Counted from the stretch's first letter, positions 8,762 to 16,403 are shown. The stretch: 18,909 bases of DNA from Candidatus Jordarchaeia archaeon (GCA_029856435.1 JAHQXB010000067.1:1-18909); one strand, 5' to 3'. The notes: generated by a model from the letters alone, not told the origin. Numbers and translations are program-made.

Positions 8762-9231
8762 CCCTCCGGTTTGAATCCTTTAATGTCGGAGATTTGGCCC
8801 CTGGTCTCCTCCTGCCAGACCACATTCACCATGATGCCCGCCTTAAGTTTTTCTGGATCCACGTCTATTAGGGGCATAAATATTGTTGAGTCTGCGCCCT
8901 CCAGCTTTATGGCTCCAATTGCCTTAGGCTTTTCTAAGTCTCGAAAGTTGCCGTTACCATCCAGTTCAACATAAGCCGTTGTGAAGCCTATCAAAACTCC
9001 CTTACCGGAAAGTTCAACCAGGTTGTTTGCATCCATTTTTGCTGAGCACTTGCCACACCATGCTCTTGGGGGAACATAAGTGTAGTTACACTTAGAACAT
9101 TTGGCTCCCAATATTTTCTTGTTTCCCAGTTCTCTGATGAATCTATCCATGAGTTCGCCAACAGACCACTTGAACCCGGCGACGACTGGAATTCCCCTAA
9201 CTGGTATAACTTCCTCTTTTAGGCCTTTCAA
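8758..9231 (-). CDS. DUF35 Zn-ribbon/OB-fold acyl-CoA-binding protein
   Basis: CSKC...VPPRAWCGKC plus OB fold (GIMVNVVW); TTG start with AGGAGG SD. Confidence 0.9.
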   Translation of the reverse strand: MKGLKEEVIPVRGIPVVAGFKWSVGELMDRFIRELGNKKILGAKCSKCNYTYVPPRAWCGKCSAKMDANNLVELSGKGVLIGFTTAYVELDGNGNFRDLEKPKAIGAIKLEGADSTIFMPLIDVDPEKLKAGIMVNVVWQEETRGQISDIKGFKPEG

Positions 9232-9280
9232 ATTAACCCTCCTTAAAGTTCAAAATTTGTAGAAACGCTTGAAAAGTATC

Positions 9281-9300
9281 TATTAGACAGCCTAATAAAA
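9281..9300 (-). promoter_or_regulatory. TATA-like box overlapped by a palindrome upstream of the DUF35/thiolase-fold operon
   Basis: TTTTATTA on the minus strand (9300-9293) overlaps TATTAG-N5-CTAATA (9281-9297). Confidence 0.4.
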
Positions 9301-9653
9301 TTAACGTCAACAAAATGACTATGCAAAAAATGAATAAAAAGGATAAAACCTTTTTCGCAACTAAATATTGATGCATGGATTAAAAAATATGAACACCATC
9401 GGATTTAACTAAAATGGCTATTAAAACTCTTTTAGAAAAATAGGAGAAGATGGGAGAACTGTTTGAATGCCCATGCTAACAGTTCTAAAATAGCGGTGTT
9501 TAAATGGAATTATGCTGAACTATAGAGTTTCTCATTAATTTTTTCCTAAACCTATCCTTAACCGGGGTTATTTAAGGCTTCTTTCACCAAAAAAAGGCGG
9601 AAAAAACCATACCTTCTTGAAGAGAAAAGGAAAAAATTAAATGGAAAGTCTAT

Positions 9654-9945
9654 ATTGTAGGGCACAATTCCCGTTGTTCTGAACCAGACACCCCTTCTCC
9701 AAACGATTTCCGTATCGGTAAGCCTGTAAAAAATGTTATAATAATACCTCCTAATCCAGAACAAAGAAAAAACCAGTATAGGCAGAACAACAAATACCGA
9801 ATAGACAGCAATACTGGTAACTGCAAGTTGATCCAGAAACAGTAGGGGAAAATACCAGGGCAAAAGAAACAAAAAGCAATCACCAAGTAAGTATAGTAGA
9901 GTTTCCTAAGCTGTGGAGCGGGTTTAAACTCTTCACCAATCTATG
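9654..9945 (-). pseudogene. Truncated, frameshifted bacterial-PH-domain (bPH_2-like) membrane protein
   Basis: IGEEFKPAPQLRKLYYTYLVIAF / LFLLPW...YRLTDTEIVWRRGVWFRTTGIVPYN. Start is damaged (TAG at 9943-9941), frameshift at the A5 run 9871-9875, and homology stops after VPYN. Confidence 0.7.
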
Positions 9946-10165
9946 CTCTAAAACCCTTCTTCAAAAAGTCGACCTCCCAAAAACTTTAAACAACCACCTA
10001 TAAATAGGGCTTAATGCCCTTCAACAACTAAACCAGAATTTCACGCAGCCAAATATAAACATACCCAATGCACAGGAGCCGCAAACCAAAACCAACCATT
10101 TAGACAAGTGCATAGTTTAAAACGTACAGAATCAGAACGTCAAAAAATTGGGGGAGGCACCCTTT

Positions 10166-11314
10166 TTAAATGGATATGGGATACCTTCCGTATTTTTTAA
10201 TGGAGTTGACTAGTGCTTCAACATTTTCTGGTGGGGTGTCCCTCGGCACTTGGTCTCCGAAAACCATGCAGCCCCCTCCGGGAGCTAAGACTTTTATTAG
10301 TTTTTTAACGTGGTTTTCTATTTCTTGGGGAGTTCCCTTGCTTATGATTCCCGCTCTCACTCCAAAGAACCAGGGCTTCTTCAGTCTATTAGACATTTCC
10401 TTAATCTTCTCCGGCGGCAACCAATCCGACTCCAACATAACCACATTGCCCACCAGTGACCCTGTATTAACCACCACATCTTCCATAATTTTTTCCCATC
10501 CCGGAATCTCCACCACGGGGAAGCCTCCCGCCCACATCATAGGACCAAGTCTCTTCATGATCTCTTTCGTATGTGGAATCACATAGTCGTAGACAAGCTG
10601 GGGACTTGTAGGTGGGATGCATGAAAAGGCATCTGCAAGTGCCGGAAAGGCTGCTACACCTCCCAGCGCTTCCTTCTGCGCTTTTATAAATGCTTCAATG
10701 ACGTCGACGCAGAAATCGAGGGTTTTGTGGGCGAATTCCGGGTTTTTCCTGGTATCCCTTACTAGGCTATTGAATCCCCGGATTTGCACTGCCATAGACC
10801 AGGGTGCGGAAGCCACCAGGGCAGTAAAAGCGTATTCCCCTAACTTTTCTAGGTATAGTTTGGTGCCCTCAATGACGTAGGGTCCGCGGCCAGCCTTTGT
10901 GAAGTCTGGTATTTCCAGCTTTTCCAGGTCCCTGGGCTCCTTGATTAGGGGTTCGAGAATGACTGGAAAGCTGTCTTCTGGGAACAGCATTTTTGCTCCC
11001 AGAGCTTCGGCCTCGTAATTGTAGGCGTCGGCGAAGGCTCCTGGTATGTCGAACTTGTACTTTATTGCTGTAAATAGCTGAGCATACAACATTTTCTTGG
11101 GATCAGTGCATAGTTCTCTAACAGTTATCCCAGCTACCCTCGCGGCGTGGTCGTGTATCTGCATAAAGACTGGCATTCTATCTGGCTCCTGGAACATGAA
11201 TATCTTGGTGAACCGCTCTAGTGTGGGGTGGGGTTCCTTTGAGGCCATATCCTTAAACTTTTCAGCCAGCTTATCTATCTCAGCATCTATATTGGCTTCA
11301 GTTAATTTAACCAT
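10166..11314 (-). CDS. URO-D/MtaA-CmuA-fold corrinoid-dependent methyltransferase, paralog 1
   Basis: Motifs EPDRMPV, EAEALGAK, IPDF..GR.PYV, RG...L.RD.RKNPE, GT.QEI and TP.EN; directly downstream of the corrinoid protein gene. Confidence 0.85.
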   Translation of the reverse strand: MVKLTEANIDAEIDKLAEKFKDMASKEPHPTLERFTKIFMFQEPDRMPVFMQIHDHAARVAGITVRELCTDPKKMLYAQLFTAIKYKFDIPGAFADAYNYEAEALGAKMLFPEDSFPVILEPLIKEPRDLEKLEIPDFTKAGRGPYVIEGTKLYLEKLGEYAFTALVASAPWSMAVQIRGFNSLVRDTRKNPEFAHKTLDFCVDVIEAFIKAQKEALGGVAAFPALADAFSCIPPTSPQLVYDYVIPHTKEIMKRLGPMMWAGGFPVVEIPGWEKIMEDVVVNTGSLVGNVVMLESDWLPPEKIKEMSNRLKKPWFFGVRAGIISKGTPQEIENHVKKLIKVLAPGGGCMVFGDQVPRDTPPENVEALVNSIKKYGRYPISI

Positions 11315-11326
11315 TCTCTTCTCCTC

Positions 11327-11965
11327 CTATACCTTTACTAGTTTTTTCGCCACCTCAACTGCCTCCAGGGCATCGTCGGCGAAGGCATCGGCACCCACCT
11401 CTTCCACATGTTTGGGGTAGACTGACGCTCCCCCAATTAGATACTTTATGTTTTTTCTTACGCCTGCCTTTTTCATTTCTTCGTTGAGTTTTCTGAGCTC
11501 GTCTATGGTTGTGGAGATGTATGATGAGGCTCCCACTATTTGAGGTTTCTCTTTCTTGATGGTTTCTATGAATTTTTGGGGTGAAACATCTATTCCCAGG
11601 TCAACTACGTAGAATCCCGCTCCGCGGAGCATGGCCACTACAATGTTTTTTCCAATGTCGTGTACGTCTCCCTGACAGACTCCCATAACGATTTTTCCCA
11701 AGAATTCTTTGCCTGCTGTTGGGAGTTGGGGAAGAATCAGCTTTAGTCCCTCACTCATGGCCTCAGCAGCCATAACTAGGTCGGGAACGAAGTACTCTTT
11801 GTTCTCGTATTTTTTGCCCACTTCGTCCATCGCTTCGCCCATAGCTCTTATGACATCTATGGGTTTAACACCTTTTTCTAATAATTTTTTAACTGCTTCT
11901 TTTGCTGAGTCAGACTCCCCATTTATGATTGCTTCTTTTAGCACATTTAGTGTATTTTCAGACAA
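11327..11965 (-). CDS. Methyltransferase cognate corrinoid protein (MtaC/MtbC/MttC family)
   Basis: Four-helix cap (YFVPDL) plus B12-binding GDVHDIGKN (DxHxxG), VDLG and IGGA motifs. Confidence 0.92.
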   Translation of the reverse strand: MSENTLNVLKEAIINGESDSAKEAVKKLLEKGVKPIDVIRAMGEAMDEVGKKYENKEYFVPDLVMAAEAMSEGLKLILPQLPTAGKEFLGKIVMGVCQGDVHDIGKNIVVAMLRGAGFYVVDLGIDVSPQKFIETIKKEKPQIVGASSYISTTIDELRKLNEEMKKAGVRKNIKYLIGGASVYPKHVEEVGADAFADDALEAVEVAKKLVKV

Positions 11966-11979
11966 GACACATAACCTTC

Positions 11980-12023
11980 TTAGAGAGATATCTTTCTAAT
12001 TGTCCTTATTTTTCTATTATTTA
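11980..12023 (-). promoter_or_regulatory. Promoter of the corrinoid/methyltransferase operon with a 20-bp dyad over the predicted start site
   Basis: TTAAATAA on the minus strand (12023-12016); TTAGAGAGATATCTTTCTAA (11980-11999) is palindromic except for one pair. Confidence 0.5.
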
Positions 12024-12565
12024 ACTATTTACTTTACGTATTAAGCAGTTTTAGTGGAAACTCTGCTTTAGCCAGTGTTCTTCGAGTCCCTTTTTGAGGG
12101 AAGAGGGCAATTGGTTCTTTTGTGGCGTGCAAATCTTATTTTGAGTTTATTCGGTTGAAAAATGTTTAATTGTTGGCTTTTTGGAATGGGAATTGATTTC
12201 CTTTTACTGCATGTTTTTAGGTTTAGAGCCCCTTTTTTCTGGGCTCACTCTTTTGGTGGGTGGGAGCATAAATGTTTGTTTGCACTTGTTTTTGGATAGA
12301 ACTTGTTAAAACCCATTTTTCGCAGGTTTGGGAATCCGCGAAATGGGATTGCGTAGTGTCCCATCATCACACTTCCAAATTTTGAGAAAATAAATATATC
12401 AGGCCGGTGAAAAAGCAAAAGCACCTCCAAACCATTCTTGAGAAAAGCACAATCACCCAAAGAGCTCCACAGAACCTACGAAATATCGGTTAAAAAATAA
12501 TTTAAATGTGAGGGAGTAAAATAGTATAGGTGGGTGTACATGCACCCTTTAATGAAGAACGGAGG

Positions 12566-13455
12566 ATGAGAGATGTGATGAGAGCTAAAGCAGAGAACGC
12601 CTCGGTCACCCTGGTATTCAGAGAACCAGTCTCGTGGGAGGCGGCCTCTGCCCTAACATGCACCCCAGGGAATAGTTGTTACTCCTTGGGGAATAAAAAC
12701 ATTTTGGTGTTCTTCACGGCACAATTAATTTGGTGTCTCCTGCTGCGTGTTATTTGTTTTTTGGCCTTCATCGTCCTTTTGGGGTGCCCTTTTCGGCTTT
12801 TTACCCTGCAGAATAAATCATAATGGGCTTCGATATGGGGACACAGGACGCGACATAAACGTACACCCAAAAAGTGACTCCCAGTTAATTGTGCCTTCTT
12901 CACACGCGGAAAAAACATAACCAGCGGTAAGGTTCAAGACCTCCCCCTAAATATCCTTGTGAAGAAACCCTGGCGCGGCTTCACGCTGAACGGGGAGAAC
13001 GTTGAAGACCTGTGCTTCAGACTCGCTTTCGACCACGCCCTCATGCTCGCCGAGGACATAGCTTGGGATGAGCGGGAGAAAAAGAAGGGAAAGAAGGCAA
13101 AGTGGGGAAAGAAAAAACAGTCACATGCCCTTCTACTACAGAATTACGAGAAAACCACCACAGGCTTCAGGGAACAATACGAAGCCGCAAGAAAGTTGCT
13201 AGGCCAGGTGGGCAGGAACGAAACTTCGCCAACATGGAGGTCAGAGCGGGCAAAAGTTACTACGGGGAGCAGGAGAATTATGACAAGGTCCTCAGGCTGG
13301 GGGCTATTCATCGCAAAATCAGGCGTGTATTGTTCCTCCTTGGGATGAGGCGCTTTTTCGTTCTCCTCGGAAAACTGCTTCCTGAGGAAGTGGCCCTACT
13401 CCAGTTCATGGAGCAGACAATCTGTGGAAAAACAGGCTTAGTCCACCCCATTTAA
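12566..13455 (+). pseudogene. Orphan gene of about 234 aa, interrupted by a MITE and a frameshift
   Basis: Removing 12718-12903 (186 bp, 62 codons) joins ...NKNILVFFT to RGKNITSGKVQDLPLNILVKKPWRGF... in one frame. One extra G at 13210-13212 joins this to QERNFANMEV...VHPI*. GGAGG SD at 12561-12565. Confidence 0.7.
12718..12895. mobile_element. 178-bp MITE with terminal inverted repeats and 8-bp target-site duplication
   Basis: GGCACAATTAA (12718-12728) / TTAATTGTGCC (12885-12895), extendable to 18 of 22 matches; TTCTTCAC directly repeated at 12710-12717 and 12896-12903. Confidence 0.9.
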
Positions 13456-13657
13456 TCCGCTTCACAGCCTCCACCACAAGAAGACTGGAACATGTAGAGT
13501 AGAGGGAGAAACGTACATCCCAAACAAGTATGGGAACACAGAAAAAGGCAAAACGCCCCCCCACGCCAATTACTTGCTATTAAAAACATTTTTTATGTTT
13601 TGTCTAAGAAGCAGAGCTTATGTAGGTTTTTTAACAAGTTCGCAGTAGCCAAAAGAT

Positions 13658-13881
13658 TTAAACGTATAACACCTTCATATTTTTGTCTTTTCTATGCGGA
13701 GTTGATTTGTCTAGGAACAGCGAGAACCGCCTATATCCGAACCTTCTCTTCGTCTCCTTCAGGAATTTCAGGAAATTTTCACTGCCTATATTGGGGTTTT
13801 GTCTGAAGAGCTGTCGGTCGTCCTGATCAGGGTGCCGAAGATGCAGGTCTTCGGATGTGATCTTGTGGTCAGTACCGTTGG
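13658..13881 (-). mobile_element. IS630-family transposase remnant (internal DDE fragment, frameshifted)
   Basis: PTVLTTRSHPKTCIFGTL / DRQLFRQNPNIGSENFLKFLKETKRRFGYRRFSLFLDKSTPH resembles the recalled archaeal IS630 segment GSH..TC.FG....GRQLFRQ...F..FL......LFLD.A..H. Confidence 0.7.
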
Positions 13882-13921
13882 CTGTTTTAGCAAAATATAT
13901 CAGTAAGCGTGAATATACTAA

Positions 13922-13948
13922 ATGGTGATGGTGATGGTAATGGTGATA
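13922..13948 (+). repeat. Hexamer tandem repeat (ATGGTG) at the antitoxin start
   Basis: ATGGTG ATGGTG ATGGTA ATGGTG ATA, encoding MVMVMVMVI. Confidence 0.75.
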
Positions 13949-14182
13949 GAAGGACGTGTAGACGATCAGGGTAGATTAGTAATACCAAAAGATATCAGGG
14001 AGAAATGGAGGTTAAAAGGCGAGGTAGACATAGTTGAGGTAGATGATGGAGTGTTAATCCGCCCCAAAAAAGGTGGATGGAAGAACTTTCTATCTAAAAA
14101 AGTGAAGGTTGATTGGGACAGGGCTGTTGCCGTTTCTCTTGAGAAAGTTTCGGTTGACGAGTTGATGTTTGGTGAATCATAA
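13922..14182 (+). CDS. AbrB/MazE/SpoVT-family antitoxin
   Basis: VDDQGRLVIPKDIREKW swapped-hairpin motif; stop overlaps the PIN gene start (TAATG). Confidence 0.9.
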   Translation: MVMVMVMVIEGRVDDQGRLVIPKDIREKWRLKGEVDIVEVDDGVLIRPKKGGWKNFLSKKVKVDWDRAVAVSLEKVSVDELMFGES

Positions 14183-14760
14183 TGTTGAGGAAGATGATTG
14201 ACGCTAATATCTTAGTTTACGCCCTTGTGGAGGGGCATCCTGCAACGGATGCATGTGAAGAATTCATCAGGAGAGTGAGTGAAAAAAAGTTGCTGGTGAC
14301 CACACCCCTAACTCCATTCGAAATCTACTATGTGCTCTGGAGGATTTATGGGTTAAGCAGAAACGAGGCATTTGAACAAGCGGTCTCACTCTTCGATTCT
14401 CCTATAGAGTTCATGCGCATCACAGAAGAGGATGCACGTATGGCTCTCAAAAAAGTTGTGGAGCACTCTATAGAAGCAAATGATGCTCTGCTTTTAGTCT
14501 CTTGTCTCCAACATGGCATATCCTCATTAGCATCAGATGACACGAGGTTGCTGAAGGCCTGCCAAGAGGAGGGGGTGCACACCGAGAAACCAATTGATGC
14601 CAAAATTAGCCAAAAGATGGAAATGTGGGAGAAAGAGAAACTGCCGGAAAAAGGTGCTCAGAGAATGCTCCTCAGAATCTACAACTGGCTACTGGATAAA
14701 GATCCTAAAGTTGCAGAGGAGTTTAAGCAAGCTACCGGTAATATGAAGAGACTCCCTTAA
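14182..14760 (+). CDS. vapC: PIN-domain (VapC) toxin with a C-terminal extension of about 55 aa
   Basis: Acidic PIN residues present in IDANILVY, FEIYYVL, NDALL and SDD; coupled to the AbrB-family gene. Confidence 0.85.
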   Translation: MLRKMIDANILVYALVEGHPATDACEEFIRRVSEKKLLVTTPLTPFEIYYVLWRIYGLSRNEAFEQAVSLFDSPIEFMRITEEDARMALKKVVEHSIEANDALLLVSCLQHGISSLASDDTRLLKACQEEGVHTEKPIDAKISQKMEMWEKEKLPEKGAQRMLLRIYNWLLDKDPKVAEEFKQATGNMKRLP

Positions 14761-14833
14761 TCAGCACATGAAAGTTATGGAAATTTTTATACCTTAAATA
14801 CTGATACATATTCCATGGTGGGGGAGAAGTGTT

Positions 14834-15128
14834 ATGAATTTTGAGGGAACTTTTTTGGGAGCCTAGTTTTCGATGGGAAAAGGTATGGACACGACATATT
14901 GGTTCTTCCGGATGGCAGGGTGGAGAAAAGGAGGAAAATCTTTCCATATCTGTTTTCGGAACTAGTCACAAACTAGTTTCAGAAGTTGAATTCTTAAAAG
15001 AAGCCGAATTAATTATTATAAGCACTGGTCAAAGCAGTTTATTGAGGCTAACAGGGAAGCTGAGGATTGGGTGAAAAATAGGTATAAGAGTTTCTTTCTC
15101 CAACGCCAATTATTTTTTTAACAAGTTC
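14834..15128 (+). pseudogene. Mth938-like domain (DUF498/DUF598) pseudogene
   Basis: Pieces across frames: MNFEGT / FGSLVFDGKRYGHDILVLPDGRVEKRRK / NLSISVFGTSHKLV...IIISTGQSSLLRLT / EAEDWVKN / PTP; four apparent single-base losses. Confidence 0.75.
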
Positions 15129-15194
15129 TTTTGGATAAAAAGATCTATTTAGTTGTTTTACTACGTTTTAGAAGGCTATAATTAGTGACCGCTT

Positions 15195-15704
15195 TTGTAT
15201 GGCACAAAATGGGTGAGGTTTTCTTTGAAAGGCAGACCCAGATTGTTTAAATCAGACTTGGTGAAGGTCACCATGAGGATTCCCGAGAGTTTGAAAAAAA
15301 GAATCGAGGACTATGCGGAGCGTAACGAGATTAATTTTAATGAGGCAACGCGGAGACTATTCTTGAGTGGACTGGAGGGGCCTCGTCTCAGGAATCAGGG
15401 GTTTAACTGGTTTCAGAAGCTTTTTGAGGATGCTCCAAAGTCTCCTCTTTTTGAGGATTTCAAAGAAGCTTTTATTAGGATTCTGGGAGAATTTCTGAGT
15501 GGATATTTCGAGAAGAATCCTCATGTTTTGGCGGAAGGCATAGCTGGCTTCCTTGGGGGTCACCTAAAATATTCAGAGGATATTTTGGGCATTGAGAGGG
15601 GAATGCTGGCTAAAGCTGTGGCTGCGGGAAATCCTGAGGTAGAGAAAAGAATGTCAGAGCTACTTGAAAATATGTTGTGGATAATGGAGTGGATTCACAA
15701 GTAA
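15195..15704 (+). CDS. Ribbon-helix-helix (CopG-like) protein with helical C-terminal domain (start may be GTG at 15261)
   Basis: KVTMRIPESLKKRIEDYAERNEINFNEATRRLFLSGL fits the RHH pattern. Confidence 0.7.
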   Translation: MYGTKWVRFSLKGRPRLFKSDLVKVTMRIPESLKKRIEDYAERNEINFNEATRRLFLSGLEGPRLRNQGFNWFQKLFEDAPKSPLFEDFKEAFIRILGEFLSGYFEKNPHVLAEGIAGFLGGHLKYSEDILGIERGMLAKAVAAGNPEVEKRMSELLENMLWIMEWIHK

Positions 15705-15733
15705 ACCCAAACGGACACGCTAAATGGAGGAAT

Positions 15734-15945
15734 TTGAGTTTGAACCGATTAAATAACATTATTGTTTGTGGTGTTTGTGGAAAAAGGCGGAGAAACACAG
15801 ACATTGCCTATATAGAGTACATACAGGTGTCGCTGTTTGTTCAAGTTGTGCTTTGAGGATAAGCATGGATCTAGTTAAGCGTGACAAAGAATGTTTAGAA
15901 GAAATTGACGAATTCCTCAAAAACAAGATTGAGAATGAAGAGTGA
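15734..15945 (+). pseudogene. Frameshifted C4 zinc-finger small protein (ClpX-type spacing), about 70 aa
   Basis: GGAGG SD then TTG; MSLNRLNNIIVCGVCGK / AEKHRHCLYRVHTGVAVCSSCALRISMDLVKRD...ENEE*; one A missing from the run at 15781-15785. Confidence 0.65.
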
Positions 15946-16053
15946 ATCCAGTAACCTTTCTTGCTAGCATATGATGAGAGATTACTGTTGGTTTATTTGT
16001 TCTGCCAAGGCTAAGGTGGCTCTCTGCGGAAAAATCTCTGGGATGAATCCAAA

Positions 16054-16326
16054 ATGGACATTATTCTTGAGAGTCTGAAGAACCTGATAGCTAAAATATA
16101 TTCGGGTGTGACTAAGGGAATCGAGGAGAATATTGAAAATTGCTGGAGAGAGCTCTGGGAGAAAAAGCAAGATAATAAATTATCCCCGGAATCAATCAGG
16201 GAAAACCAAGAACTCCTCACAAAGATAGTAATACTCGTAGAGGCCTTTCTCAGCGAACAATTAAAAATAGATGAGCTACACCAAAAAATAAAAAGAATTC
16301 TGAAAATGGAGAATATAAAACTTTGA
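16054..16326 (+). CDS. Hypothetical helical protein, possibly the remnant of a longer gene
   Basis: 90-aa ORF; the same frame extends 31 codons upstream to TTG 15961 across a single TAA at 16012-16014 (LAYDERLLLVYLFCQG*GGSLRKNLW). Confidence 0.45.
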   Translation: MDIILESLKNLIAKIYSGVTKGIEENIENCWRELWEKKQDNKLSPESIRENQELLTKIVILVEAFLSEQLKIDELHQKIKRILKMENIKL

Positions 16327-16403
16327 AATCGTATCAATCTCCTGTGTAGAAACATATACTTACAAAAAAACTTTTTTAGTTATGTAGAAAGAAAGGAGGG
16401 AGT

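Noticed and set aside
5837-9231. Archaeal mevalonate thiolase / HMG-CoA synthase / DUF35 complex
   Set aside because: No HMG-CoA synthase gene is present, and both thiolase folds lack the catalytic Cys and His.
9661-9669. GGCACAATT match to the MITE TIR
   Set aside because: It lies inside PH-protein codons (GIVP) and has no partner IR or TSD.
11327-11965. HgcA/HgcB mercury methylation (corrinoid protein plus ferredoxin)
   Set aside because: The protein has a DxHxxG base-off motif, no N(V/I)WCA cap helix and no transmembrane domain; the Fe-S gene is a different, unlinked family.
6062-11999. Plus-strand ORFs opposite the DUF35/thiolase-fold and methyltransferase genes
   Set aside because: Shadow ORFs with no independent evidence.
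11966-12530. Cobalamin riboswitch upstream of the corrinoid gene, and ORF 12245-12460
   Set aside because: No B12-box-like core was found; only isolated hairpins (e.g. GAGCCC/GGGCTC at 12226-12246). The ORF has no motif or SD.
12959-13455. Transposase for the MITE
   Set aside because: No DDE, HUH or serine-recombinase motif; these ORFs are pieces of the gene the MITE interrupted.
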